33,784 bases of DNA from Alphaproteobacteria bacterium (GTDB lineage Bacteria; Pseudomonadota; Alphaproteobacteria; Rickettsiales; 21-14-0-20-44-7), in contig JABDBO010000003.1 in assembly GCA_013288575.1 (NCBI GenBank), positions 1 through 33,784 of the forward strand, read 5' to 3'. Made by a program: the position numbers and the translations under genes. Shown piece after piece: positions 17,471-26,998 of this stretch. Under the pieces are notes generated by a model. That model did no database searches. It had not been told where the DNA came from and worked only from the letters and a program-made list of their open reading frames with translations. Within the stretch, counting starts at the first letter, position 1. Each line of letters begins with the position of its first letter.

Positions 17471-17879
17471 CTTTCCTCACGAAACCGCGAAGCGCTACCT
17501 CATTCATCATTATGGTTTCGCGTCTTTGCGTTTCGCCACGTTCGGCCGCTAGGCGCTGATCGAGCGCAATTTCAAATTTTTTGAGTTCGCTAAATGCATC
17601 AAGCAATTCATCGCGTTTTTTATCAATTGCAACTTGCAACATTTCAATATTTTTAAGCAATGCCCGTTGCCGCTCAATTGTCTTTTTCGCAAATGCCGCA
17701 AACGCACTAGCACATTCCGGAAAGTTGGTTGCCGCAGTTGCTTCTAGTTCCAACTGCACGCCAAGTTCATGGTGTTCATCTTTTAAAATCCGCTGGCGCT
17801 CTTCTATTTGCGTCAGCTCTTTCTTGAGCTTATCGGCCTCATCTTTTTTCAGGCGAATCAATGTGCGCAATGTTTTCAT
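17460..17879 (-). CDS. fliJ: Flagellar export protein FliJ
   Basis: 139-aa coiled coil directly after fliI. MKTLRTLIRL..AFSELKKFEI..MNEVAL matches the alphaproteobacterial FliJ pattern. Confidence 0.85.
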   Translation of the reverse strand: MKTLRTLIRLKKDEADKLKKELTQIEERQRILKDEHHELGVQLELEATAATNFPECASAFAAFAKKTIERQRALLKNIEMLQVAIDKKRDELLDAFSELKKFEIALDQRLAAERGETQRRETIMMNEVALRGFVRKDAQ

Positions 17880-19205
17880 CTACGCCTCCGCCGGTTGCTC
17901 AGCTAAAATTTCCCCTAACCTCTTATATCCTTCCACCAATGTCGTATGATCGCGTGGAGTTTGCGATAAAAATTCTTCGATTTTCGGGTTCAACCGAATC
18001 GCCTCATCAACCGCCGGATCACTGCCTTTGCGATATGCGCCTAAACGAATCATCTCCGCCATATCATCATAAGTGGATAAAATATTCCGTGCTTTATTTA
18101 CAATCTTGTTTTCTTCATCAGTATTACATTGCGGCATCATCCGTGAAACGGATTTCAAAACATTCACCGCCGGATATCTTCCGCGCTCGGCGATTTTTCT
18201 TTCCAACACAATATGCCCATCTAAAATACCGCGCACCGCATCGGCTACCGGTTCATCATGGTCACCGCCATCAACCAAAACCGAAAATAGTCCGGTAATC
18301 GAACCTTCACCAACTCCCGGCCCGGCCCGTTCTAGCAACCTTGGCAGCTCAGCAAAAACAGTTGGCGTATAACCTTTTGATGTCGGCGGCTCACCGGCTG
18401 ATAAACCAATCTCACGCTGCGCCATCGCAAAACGCGTGACTGAATCCATCATGCACAAAACTTTTTTCTCACGGTCACGGAAATATTCGGCTACTGCCAT
18501 CGTCACAAACGCCGCATATTTACGCATCAGTGCGCTTTCATCAGAAGTTGCCACAATAACCACCGAGCGTTTCAAACCTTCTTCACCCAAATATTCCTCA
18601 ATAAATTCCTGCACCTCACGGCCACGTTCACCGATCAAACCGATCACGTTGATATCCGCCGAAGAGTAACGCGCAATCATCGACATGGTCATAGATTTAC
18701 CCACACCCGATCCGGCGAAAATACCAATACGCTGGCCGCTGCACAAAGTTGTAAATGTGTTTAAAACCCTAACGCCTAAATCAATTTTCCCGCCCACTCT
18801 TTTGCGCTTATTAGCCGGTGGCGGCGAAGCTTTTAGCGGGTAGCTATCCAACCCCAAAGGTAATGGCCCCTTATCATCAATCGGCTCGCCAAAAGCATTT
18901 ACTACCCGGCCCAGCCACTCATCACATGGGTGAATTGCGCTTTCCGCATCAGCCAGTTCCACTTTTGAACCAACACCCACACCTTCTACCGGGGTAAACG
19001 GCATCATTAAGGCTTTTTCTTCTTCAAATCCAACAACTTCGCAGGTAATCGGCTTGCCGACACGCGGATAAACCTTGCAGCGGCTGCCAATGCTCATGAA
19101 TTTCTCCAAACCGACGCACTCAACCAGTAGCCCGGAAATCTTACTAACCTTGCCGTAATACTGCACCGAATCTAGGCGATTGATTTCCCTAACTAAATGA
19201 TCCAT
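17880..19205 (-). CDS. fliI: Flagellar export ATPase FliI
   Basis: GQRIGIFAGSGVGKS, GLIGERGREV, MDSVTRFAMAQREIGL..GEPP, VRGILDGHIVL, GRYPAVNVLKSVSR. Confidence 0.96.
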   Translation of the reverse strand: MDHLVREINRLDSVQYYGKVSKISGLLVECVGLEKFMSIGSRCKVYPRVGKPITCEVVGFEEEKALMMPFTPVEGVGVGSKVELADAESAIHPCDEWLGRVVNAFGEPIDDKGPLPLGLDSYPLKASPPPANKRKRVGGKIDLGVRVLNTFTTLCSGQRIGIFAGSGVGKSMTMSMIARYSSADINVIGLIGERGREVQEFIEEYLGEEGLKRSVVIVATSDESALMRKYAAFVTMAVAEYFRDREKKVLCMMDSVTRFAMAQREIGLSAGEPPTSKGYTPTVFAELPRLLERAGPGVGEGSITGLFSVLVDGGDHDEPVADAVRGILDGHIVLERKIAERGRYPAVNVLKSVSRMMPQCNTDEENKIVNKARNILSTYDDMAEMIRLGAYRKGSDPAVDEAIRLNPKIEEFLSQTPRDHTTLVEGYKRLGEILAEQPAEA

Positions 19206-19324
19206 TTACAGATAAATCCCCTAATTTGTTCCTTGTAAATCACCCCTGTGACAACAAAACCCCAAGTTGTAAGAAATTTACCTAATTTCTCAAAGCAGGG
19301 AAGATTTTTCCCTTGCCTTCGTAT

Positions 19325-19356
19325 ATCTTGGCTATAAAAGTTTAATATAAAGTAAA
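19325..19356 (-). promoter_or_regulatory. Putative CtrA-dependent promoter of fliI-fliJ-pilin
   Basis: Minus strand TTTA-N7-TTAA (19356-19342), 11 nt, CAAGAT (19330-19325). Confidence 0.5.
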
Positions 19357-19435
19357 GATTGTTATTGAATTCCAACAAAATATAAGTTAACTTAATAATT
19401 AAGAAATATTGCAGTTTCATTAAAGGAGAAGAGCA

Positions 19436-20155
19436 ATGCGTGTATTACTAGTAGAAGATGATGCATCAACCGCCCGTTCGATAGAATTGGCCTTAGCTTC
19501 TGAAGGTATCGTTTGCGATACTGCTGACCTCGGCGAAGAAGGGCTAGAGATCGGAAAAATATACGATTATGACATCATCATCCTTGATTTAATGCTCCCT
19601 GACCTTGACGGTTACGAAGTTCTCCGCCGCCTCCGCGCTGCAAAAATTAAAACTCCAATTTTAATCCTTTCCGGCCTCTCTGCTCCTGACCAAAAAATTA
19701 AAGGTCTTGGCTTTGGCGCTGATGATTATCTCACTAAACCTTTCAACAAAGGCGAGCTCATTGCCCGTATCCAGGCAATTGTACGCCGCAGCAAAGGCCA
19801 CTCAGAATCAATCATCCGCACTGGCAAACTCTCTGTTAACCTCGACACTCGCAGCGTTGAAATTGAATCTAAACCAGTTCACCTGACTTCTAAAGAATAT
19901 GGCATCTTGGAACTTCTTTCTTTACGCAAAGGCTCAACCCTTACTAAAGAAATGTTCTTAAACCACCTTTACGGCGGCATTGATGAACCAGAACTCAAAA
20001 TCATCGACGTATTCGTCTGCAAACTCCGCAAAAAACTGGCTGATGAAGCTGGTGGCGAAAACTACATCGAAACCGTTTGGGGCCGTGGCTATGTGTTGAA
20101 AGACCCAGCTCGCGCCGGTGCTGATGCTAGCGCAGAAGAACTCGCAAACGCGTAG
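19436..20155 (+). CDS. ctrA: Cell-cycle response regulator CtrA
   Basis: [82 protein letters not shown]. Confidence 0.97.
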   Translation: MRVLLVEDDASTARSIELALASEGIVCDTADLGEEGLEIGKIYDYDIIILDLMLPDLDGYEVLRRLRAAKIKTPILILSGLSAPDQKIKGLGFGADDYLTKPFNKGELIARIQAIVRRSKGHSESIIRTGKLSVNLDTRSVEIESKPVHLTSKEYGILELLSLRKGSTLTKEMFLNHLYGGIDEPELKIIDVFVCKLRKKLADEAGGENYIETVWGRGYVLKDPARAGADASAEELANA

Positions 20156-20177
20156 GGATATTTCAAATAAATAATCT

Positions 20178-20211
20178 AAGGCCGCTCCGAGAAATTGGGC
20201 GGCCTTTTTTT
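20178..20211 (+). terminator. Rho-independent terminator after ctrA
   Basis: AAGGCCGCTC-loop-GGGCGGCCTT running into a T7 tract. Confidence 0.85.
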
Positions 20212-20221
20212 AAAGGTTTAT

Positions 20222-20761
20222 ATGCAATCGGATGATATTGAAATAGATAGACAGGACGAAAAACATAAAGAACTCTTCAAAAAAGCTCTTAATTATGAGA
20301 TGCGGTTCTTTTTACCAGCACTGGCAGTAGTTATATTATGCGGCGCTTTCGAAATTTTCAGCTGCGGCACCAGTTGCGTTGCCACTACAGAAAAACTTCG
20401 CTTAGCCATATATGCTTGCAGTTTCTGCGGGATAATTATTCTATACATGCTCTATGAAAGCCTCTCTTTAAGCTCAAAATACCAAGCGACAATCGGCATG
20501 CGCAAAGCCGGAATTTACGCCACCCGCCAAGATAAAACCAAACATAGTTTCTTAAGCGCCATAGCAATTTACCTGCCGATATTGTTATTTGCTTTCATCA
20601 TGATTCTCTTAGACGAAGCAAAACCATGGATTAAGCATTTGCTAAGTAATATAGGATATGAGTTATTTACTATCGGCACGCCAATTATGTTGATGAGTTT
20701 GATGCTGTATTTTGTCCGAAAAGTCAGAAACAGCCGCCGTTATTTTATCGGCCACAAATAA
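20222..20761 (+). CDS. Membrane protein, degenerate RDD-like
   Basis: Multiple TM segments. SSKYQATIGMRKAGI resembles SKWQATPGKRIIGI in the next gene. The ORF-track start 20195 lies in the terminator, so ATG 20222 is preferred. Confidence 0.65.
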   Translation: MQSDDIEIDRQDEKHKELFKKALNYEMRFFLPALAVVILCGAFEIFSCGTSCVATTEKLRLAIYACSFCGIIILYMLYESLSLSSKYQATIGMRKAGIYATRQDKTKHSFLSAIAIYLPILLFAFIMILLDEAKPWIKHLLSNIGYELFTIGTPIMLMSLMLYFVRKVRNSRRYFIGHK

Positions 20762-20800
20762 ACCGCTTTGCTTTTCGTTTAAAAGCAATAATCTACGCCC

Positions 20801-21418
20801 ATGCAACCAACTTCCCAATACGCCACATTTTTCCAGCGCCTGCTCGCCCATATTATTGATACAGTACTGGTCGGCACGCCGGTGATTGCCCTTGTATTTT
20901 ATATATTAGTGCCGATGTTTCTTAATTTCCCCGTCATTCAGGCCGCAAAAGATAAGGAAGTTGAACTTGCCATCGAGCTTTATACCAGCCAGGTTTATAT
21001 CGCACTGCTAAGTGCGATATGCATGGCTTTCGTCTTAACAATTTTTGCCATTTCCAAATGGCAGGCTACTCCGGGAAAACGTATAATCGGCATTTATATT
21101 TCAATGCGAAATGGCGCAAAACCGCAATTTCGCGCGGCTTTCGGCCGGTTTATTTCACTGCCGCTTTTTTTACTTTTACTGCAATTTTTTGAACGCCGCG
21201 AAACTTATCAAAAGCTAAGCGACTTAAAAACTCCTGGCCGTGCAATTACTAATATAGAGCAATTGGAACAATATCTTAACGGCCCGGTTACTGCGCTTAC
21301 CACGCTTATTATATTAGTGGTAATTTCGTTCTGGTATTTGAAAATTGTTTTCTCAAGCGAACATACGGCAGTGCATGACACACTTTTTGAAACCCGGGTG
21401 CTCCAGGGCAAGAAATAA
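20801..21418 (+). CDS. RDD family membrane protein
   Basis: YATFFQRLLAHIID, QATPGKRIIGI, HDTLFETRV. Confidence 0.9.
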   Translation: MQPTSQYATFFQRLLAHIIDTVLVGTPVIALVFYILVPMFLNFPVIQAAKDKEVELAIELYTSQVYIALLSAICMAFVLTIFAISKWQATPGKRIIGIYISMRNGAKPQFRAAFGRFISLPLFLLLLQFFERRETYQKLSDLKTPGRAITNIEQLEQYLNGPVTALTTLIILVVISFWYLKIVFSSEHTAVHDTLFETRVLQGKK

Positions 21419-21466
21419 CTGATAATCTGATGGAAAATTCCTGCGCTCATCTATATAATCCGCCCC

Positions 21467-22648
21467 ATGTCCAAAAATAAAAACCATAATCCAGAAACTA
21501 CAGTTGTTCACTCTGGCCGCGAACCGGAGAAGAATTTTGGCGTCGTTAATCCGCCGGTTTACCATGCTTCGACCATTTTATTTGAAACTTTCCAAGACTT
21601 CAAAAAAGCCGAAGAAGGCCGTTTGGAACGCGCCGCTTATGGACGCCACGGCACACAAAGTTACCGCCTGTTTGAAGAATCACTCTGCGCAATTATCGGC
21701 AGCGAAAAGTGCCTCATCACCAATTCTGGCCTAAACGCAATTGCCATTACACTCACCGCCCTGCTCACGCCCGGCGACCATATTCTAATTGTTGATTCGA
21801 CCTATTCACCCACCCGCTTTTTTGCTGACCAGGAACTCAAACGTTTCGGCGTTGAAGTTGAATATTATGCACCGGGAATTGGCGCAGGAATTTCAAAACT
21901 CATCAAGAAAAACACCAAGGTAATTTATTGCGAAAGCCCCGGTTCACTGACGTTTGAAGTGGAAGATATTCCGGCAATCGTGAAATGCGCGCATGAAAAA
22001 AATGCGCTGGTCGTGCTTGATAACACCTGGGCAACACCACTGTTTTTTGATGCGGTAAAACACGGGGTTGATATTTCAATTCACTCCGCCACCAAATATA
22101 TCGGCGGCCATTCGGATTTGATGATGGGCATAATTTCGTGCAGCGAAAAATTATTTCCAACCTTAAAACGCAGCTATAAAAACTTCGGCATAATTTCCGG
22201 GCCGGATGATATTTATCTCGCGCAACGCGGCCTTCGCACTTTGCCAACACGTTTAAAAGCGCATGAAAAAGCTGCGCTTGATATTGCCCATTGGCTAAAA
22301 AACCAGCCGCAAATTGCGCGCGTTTTGCACCCAGCTTTGCCTGATTGCCCAGGCCATGAATTATGGAAACGTGATTTTACCGGCTCATCTGGCCTATTCA
22401 GTTTTGTGCTGAAAAAGCATTTGGATGAAGCAACTCTTGGCAAATTCCTCGATAATTTGCAGCTCTTCAAAATGGGTTATTCATGGGGCGGTTTTGAAAG
22501 CCTCATCATCCCAGTCTGGGCTGAAAAAATCCGCAGCGTTGAGAAATTTAAACCTGAAGGCACCGCCTTCCGCGTTTCAATCGGCTTGGAAAATGTGGAT
22601 GATTTAAAGGCAGATTTAGCTAACGGCTTGAGCGCACTAAAAAATTAA
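21467..22648 (+). CDS. metC: Cystathionine beta-lyase
   Basis: VNPPVYHASTILF, YGRHGT, ESPGSLTFE, DNTWATP, SATKYIGGHSD (PLP lysine), MGYSWGGFESL. Confidence 0.93.
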   Translation: MSKNKNHNPETTVVHSGREPEKNFGVVNPPVYHASTILFETFQDFKKAEEGRLERAAYGRHGTQSYRLFEESLCAIIGSEKCLITNSGLNAIAITLTALLTPGDHILIVDSTYSPTRFFADQELKRFGVEVEYYAPGIGAGISKLIKKNTKVIYCESPGSLTFEVEDIPAIVKCAHEKNALVVLDNTWATPLFFDAVKHGVDISIHSATKYIGGHSDLMMGIISCSEKLFPTLKRSYKNFGIISGPDDIYLAQRGLRTLPTRLKAHEKAALDIAHWLKNQPQIARVLHPALPDCPGHELWKRDFTGSSGLFSFVLKKHLDEATLGKFLDNLQLFKMGYSWGGFESLIIPVWAEKIRSVEKFKPEGTAFRVSIGLENVDDLKADLANGLSALKN

Positions 22649-22812
22649 TTTCCTATTAGCAATATACTATATATGCGAACCAGCCGGAAAATTCCCACTA
22701 GATGTTGCATAATTGCACTCTATTTCGAATTCTAAATAAATCTCACTAAAAAGGTTTGAAGTTACCTCTGACCTCTTGCAAAAGAGAGGCGAAATTTAGT
22801 TTAATTGGAAAC

Positions 22813-24303
22813 ATGTTCAACGAGGGTGGAAACCGCATATGCTCGCCTGAGCTGCTAGCGCAAATAGCAGAGGTAATTGACTCGGCGGTAGTAATTACAA
22901 AATTTGGCAGCCTCGGCCAGTTTGACCATCGCATAATCTACGCAAACCCGGCATTTACAAAACTTACCGGCTATAAAAATAACGAAATTATCGGCCGCTC
23001 ACCCGATGTTTTATGCGACCCACGCACTTCTGGTGACAAGATCATCGAGTTCTACACGCGCTGCGCACATGGCGGAAAATTCGCGGTAGAAATTGACAGC
23101 TTCAAAAAACTCGGCAGCGAAATTAAACTCCGCATGGAAGTGACACCGGTCATTGATGAAACTCAAGGCGTTAATTATTACATCCTATTTTTGAAAGATT
23201 TAGCACAAGCGGAAATTCGCGCTGCTATGCCGGAAAGCTTTGGCAGCCGCCCAACTTACGCTTACCAGCCACGTGAAGAACAAGAGCCGGCCCCTGCACT
23301 AAAACCGCAATATCATTTTGAAGTTCCGCCAGTAGCGGCAGTTAAACCAGCGGCAAAAGTTGAGGAAGAAGTTTTCCAATTCCAAACTCAATATCATCCA
23401 GAACCGCAAACTCAGCCACAATCACAGCCGGTTCAACAAGCAGTTCCGCCGAAAAAATTTGATGAACGTTATTGGCTTTCGCCTAACAATGATTTAACTC
23501 CTCATAGCACTCATAGCGCCGCAGAAGATGATGCTTTGCCAAAAGTTCCAGCTGAAATTTCTACTGATGAAAGCATTGCAGAATATTGCAAAACCCAGTT
23601 CTTAGCCAATATGAGCCATGATCTGCGTACGCCATTAAACGCAATTATCGGCTTTTCGGAAGTTATCAAAGACCAACTCTTCGGCCCGATTGATAACTCG
23701 CGTTATGTTTCATATGCCAATGATATTTTTAAAAGCGGACAAGAACTTTTCGCCACTATCAGCGAAATTATGGAGCTCTCTGAAATCGCGCCAGATGAAG
23801 ATTTAAGCGAAAACGAACGCATGAATATTTGCGATGTTATTGAATCAGTCATCGATGTCCTTTCGCCAAAAGCTTTTGAAGCTGATGTGAAAATTATCAA
23901 ATCGCTAAACGTTCACGAGCTGCGCTTAAAAGGCGATCGCCGCAAAATCAAACAAGCAGTAGCCGGCGTTATCAACAACGCGATCAAATATTCAGATAAA
24001 GCCAGCAAGATTGAAATTAGCGCTAATTTAAATGAAAAAGGTGACTTGAAACTCGTCGTTTATGCACGCTCTGCCAATATTATGCCAGCTCGCGGCGGCA
24101 ACGGTTTAATGGGCACCATCACAAAAAAAGCCGAAAGCGAATATCCGGAAATTTCGCTCGCCAAACGCTTTATCGAAGCACATGAAGGCAAATTCGCCAT
24201 TTTTAACTCAGCCATTTCCGGCACTGAAATTGCCATCACATTGCCAGCCACGCGGCTCTCGATGGAACAGGAAAAGAAAACCCTACTCAAAGTTATAAGC
24301 TAG
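22813..24303 (+). CDS. PAS-domain histidine kinase of the PleC/DivJ (PdhS) type with a degenerate ATP-binding domain
   Basis: PAS (IIYANPAFTKLTGY..EIIGRSP), P/Q linker, H-box FLANMSHDLRTPLNAIIGFSE, N-box NNAIKYS. G1 and G2 boxes not recognisable. ATG 22813 preferred over TTG 22756. Confidence 0.85.
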   Translation: MFNEGGNRICSPELLAQIAEVIDSAVVITKFGSLGQFDHRIIYANPAFTKLTGYKNNEIIGRSPDVLCDPRTSGDKIIEFYTRCAHGGKFAVEIDSFKKLGSEIKLRMEVTPVIDETQGVNYYILFLKDLAQAEIRAAMPESFGSRPTYAYQPREEQEPAPALKPQYHFEVPPVAAVKPAAKVEEEVFQFQTQYHPEPQTQPQSQPVQQAVPPKKFDERYWLSPNNDLTPHSTHSAAEDDALPKVPAEISTDESIAEYCKTQFLANMSHDLRTPLNAIIGFSEVIKDQLFGPIDNSRYVSYANDIFKSGQELFATISEIMELSEIAPDEDLSENERMNICDVIESVIDVLSPKAFEADVKIIKSLNVHELRLKGDRRKIKQAVAGVINNAIKYSDKASKIEISANLNEKGDLKLVVYARSANIMPARGGNGLMGTITKKAESEYPEISLAKRFIEAHEGKFAIFNSAISGTEIAITLPATRLSMEQEKKTLLKVIS

Positions 24304-24422
24304 TACCATTATTTATTATGAACATGCGCGAGGCAGAAGCCGAGCCCAGCCATGAGCTAGCGAAGCTATATTCCATCTAAAGCGGCAGGAGCCGCGAAGG
24401 GGAAAATTAATAAATTGATGCT

Positions 24423-24459
24423 AAAAATGCTGGCATTTTTACAAATAAATTTGTATAAT
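24423..24459 (+). promoter_or_regulatory. Promoter with two adjacent palindromic operators upstream of the MarR-like gene
   Basis: AAAAATGC-TG-GCATTTTT (24423-24440), TACAAAT-AA-ATTTGTA (24440-24455), TATAAT at 24454-24459, ATG 6 nt later. Confidence 0.55.
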
Positions 24460-24465
24460 ATTCAT

Positions 24466-24852
24466 ATGAAACACAAATTTACTCCGCAGCAGCATCGCGA
24501 ATATATTATCCTTTCACGCAAAACCGGGATGGATTGGCTGGAAGTTTTTTCCGGCAATACTGATTTTTATTCCACCTATTTCTGGGAGCTCTTAACCGAA
24601 ATGTGGTTCCATGATAAACCGGTGATGGTCTCTGACGCATTGCGTTATATGAAATCAATCAAAAGCCCATTCACTGCGCGCAAATATTTGCAAAAAGCCA
24701 TTGATGGCAAATTGGTAGTTGAGCGCAAAAACCCGAGTGATGAGCGTTCGATATTGGTTGAGCTACCGCCAGAAATGCGCAAGAAACTCGATGCATTTTT
24801 TGATAAGTCGATCGAGAAACTGCTGGATTCTGCCGAGAATTTGAAAAAGTGA
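24466..24852 (+). CDS. MarR-like winged-helix DNA-binding protein
   Basis: TARKYLQKAIDGKLVVERKNPSDERSILVEL wing motif (DxR). Confidence 0.75.
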   Translation: MKHKFTPQQHREYIILSRKTGMDWLEVFSGNTDFYSTYFWELLTEMWFHDKPVMVSDALRYMKSIKSPFTARKYLQKAIDGKLVVERKNPSDERSILVELPPEMRKKLDAFFDKSIEKLLDSAENLKK

Positions 24853-24862
24853 AAGTTAGAAG

Positions 24863-25270
24863 TTATTCTCTTTCAAAGCTTTTAACTTCAATAGCTCTCT
24901 TTGCCGTAATATTACTAGCCCAGCCATCAGATTCCATAATAAGACTCTCTTGTGGTGACATTGGAGCTTTTTCAACTTCCTGATTCGCTTCTTGTTGCGC
25001 GGTTAAAACAGTTAAACCGCCGATAGCTATAGCTGGTAAAGGTGACTTACGAAAAAATTCTTTTACTGAAAAGCTTGCATTTCTTATCGCGCCGCTTGGC
25101 AATTCCCAGCATAGATATATTGCAACACGAATTGGCCAAATTGGCCTTGCATTCCAACGCTGTGACGCCACATAATCATCGCTGTCCCTTTCTTCAGCAT
25201 AACCATCATTGGGAAATCTTTTGACTGATTCCAATAACGCGGATAGCAACTCTTCAATGCTTTCTCTCAT
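24863..25270 (-). CDS. Hypothetical protein with one hydrophobic segment
   Basis: 135-aa ORF filling the gap between the MarR-like gene and acpS, with its own near-consensus promoter. Confidence 0.55.
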   Translation of the reverse strand: MRESIEELLSALLESVKRFPNDGYAEERDSDDYVASQRWNARPIWPIRVAIYLCWELPSGAIRNASFSVKEFFRKSPLPAIAIGGLTVLTAQQEANQEVEKAPMSPQESLIMESDGWASNITAKRAIEVKSFERE

Positions 25271-25276
25271 AAAATG

Positions 25277-25305
25277 AATATATACAAGCTATTAGCTATT
25301 GTCAA
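25277..25305 (-). promoter_or_regulatory. Sigma70 leaderless promoter
   Basis: Minus strand TTGACA-17 nt-TATATT-6 nt-ATG(25270). Confidence 0.65.
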
Positions 25306-25321
25306 TTTTCGTTAGCAATTA

Positions 25322-25666
25322 CTATTCTTCTACTATAGCAAACGCCACTGCATAGTGGAAATCATCACTCAATGTCAGGTGAATTTTAGCAGTTACGCCT
25401 TTGACAATCGCATAAGGCTGGCCGCTGGGATGGTTTAAGATTTTGATATCTTTAAAACCAGTCTGCCCAATTCCCGTGCCAAGCGCTTTTGAAATTGCTT
25501 CCTTGGCAGCGAATCGTTTGGCGTAATGCGCCATTTTGATCTCGCCGGTTTTATCGGTACGCTCTTCGTCGTTGAAAATGCGATTCAGAAATTTCTCACC
25601 AAATTCATCAATCATTCCGGCAATGCGGTTGATGTCGACTATATCTGTGCCAATTCCGATTATCAT
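25322..25666 (-). CDS. acpS: Holo-[acyl-carrier-protein] synthase
   Basis: MIIGIGTDIV, AKRFAAKEAISKALGTG, LTLSDD..YAVAF. Follows pdxJ. Confidence 0.95.
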   Translation of the reverse strand: MIIGIGTDIVDINRIAGMIDEFGEKFLNRIFNDEERTDKTGEIKMAHYAKRFAAKEAISKALGTGIGQTGFKDIKILNHPSGQPYAIVKGVTAKIHLTLSDDFHYAVAFAIVEE

Positions 25667-25667
25667 A

Positions 25668-26402
25668 TCATGCCCCGAATTTGCGCGCCTTATCCATTAA
25701 AACCCGCATTTCGATTATTGCCATATCAAGCCCGGCGAATACGGCTTCACCGATCAAAAAATGCCCAATATTGAGTTCGCGGATAATTGGAATGGCGGCA
25801 ATTTTACTTACATTTCCGTAATTTAGCCCATGTCCGGCATGGCATTCCAGGTTCAATTCTTCAGCCTGGGTTGAAGAACACAGGATTTTTTCATATTCAC
25901 CCTTCTCGCCATGCGCATAAGCGCCGGTATGAAATTCAATTACCGGGGCTTTAAGTTCAGCCGCAGCTTCCACCTGTTTGGCATCGGCATTAATGAATAG
26001 CGAAACGCGGATTCCTGCGGCCGATAATTCCTCAACATAGCGCTTTAATTCATCTTTAAGCCGTGACACATCCAAGCCACCTTCAGTTGTCACTTCCTCC
26101 CTTCTTTCGGGAACCAGGCAAACCGCATGAGGCTTTGTTTTTAAAGCAATTTTTAGCATTTCAGGGGTAGCTGCCATTTCCAGATTAAGTGGCAGATTTA
26201 CCTCCATTTTGAGCTCTTCTATATCCCGGTCTTTTATATGCCTTCTATCTTCGCGCAAATGGGCGGTAATTCCGTCCGCACCGGCATCGGAAGCAAGCTG
26301 GGCAGCACGTAGCGGCGAAGGATGCACCCCGCCGCGGGCGTTACGAATTGTTGCAACATGGTCAATATTTACGCCAAGCCTCAGTTTTTGAACGATTGTC
26401 AA
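25668..26402 (-). CDS. pdxJ: Pyridoxine 5'-phosphate synthase
   Basis: [60 protein letters not shown]. Confidence 0.97.
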   Translation of the reverse strand: MTIVQKLRLGVNIDHVATIRNARGGVHPSPLRAAQLASDAGADGITAHLREDRRHIKDRDIEELKMEVNLPLNLEMAATPEMLKIALKTKPHAVCLVPERREEVTTEGGLDVSRLKDELKRYVEELSAAGIRVSLFINADAKQVEAAAELKAPVIEFHTGAYAHGEKGEYEKILCSSTQAEELNLECHAGHGLNYGNVSKIAAIPIIRELNIGHFLIGEAVFAGLDMAIIEMRVLMDKARKFGA

Positions 26403-26464
26403 GCACTTCTCCTTAGAAAAACCTAGATATTTAAATTTTTTTCATTATGGTAACTTCCGCGCAA

Positions 26465-26998
26465 ATGAAAAGACTAAAAAAACTAATTGCCATAATATTT
26501 TTATCCGGTCTGACTGCCTGTGGCACCAGCATGCACGCCTCGCGTGACCCAAACCCAGAAGTTTATACGGATGCGGATGACTTTTATGATAGCGTCATCA
26601 CTGAAATAAATTACACGCCTGATCAGCAAAAGCTCATAAACTATAGCCGCGGCCTGCTTGGCACTGATTATAGCTATGGTAGCGAAAACCCGACTGATGG
26701 GTTTGATTGCAGCGGTTTCACTCAATATGTTTATGCCAAGTCATTGAATTTTAAGCTTCCTCGCACTGCACGTGAGATGGCGCAAACCGGTGAGCCGGTA
26801 AACATAGCTGACCTAAAAGCGGGAGACCTAGTATTTTTTAATTTATTAGGCTTCAAATATTCACATGTTGGTATATATATTGGTAACGGCCGGTTCTTCC
26901 ATGCCAGCACGAATCAGAAAGCAATTGTAATAGGGAATTTGAAAAATGAGTATTTTGCAAAAAGATATAACGGCGCTAGACGAGTCTTATCAAGCTAG
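26465..26998 (+). CDS. NlpC/P60 (C40) peptidoglycan endopeptidase lipoprotein
   Basis: Lipobox LTA|C, GFDCSGF, LPRTA, GDLVFF, HVGIYIG..FFHAS. Start at 26447 or 26465. Confidence 0.92.
   Translation: MKRLKKLIAIIFLSGLTACGTSMHASRDPNPEVYTDADDFYDSVITEINYTPDQQKLINYSRGLLGTDYSYGSENPTDGFDCSGFTQYVYAKSLNFKLPRTAREMAQTGEPVNIADLKAGDLVFFNLLGFKYSHVGIYIGNGRFFHASTNQKAIVIGNLKNEYFAKRYNGARRVLSS

Noticed and set aside
18072-18080. DnaA-box-like AGTGGATAA
   Set aside because: A single one-mismatch site inside fliI is expected by chance.
19381-19402. Full CtrA box directly upstream of ctrA
   Set aside because: The three TTAA half-sites are spaced 1, 3 and 8 nt apart, not 7. Autoregulation is plausible but unsupported by a canonical site.
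19193-19420. 75-aa minus-strand ORF between fliI and ctrA
   Set aside because: Runs through the AT-rich divergent promoter region; composition suggests a spurious frame.
26420-26451. CtrA-type promoter for NlpC/P60 (TTAA, 11 nt, TATGGT)
   Set aside because: Only the downstream half-site is present, too weak to count with the other six.
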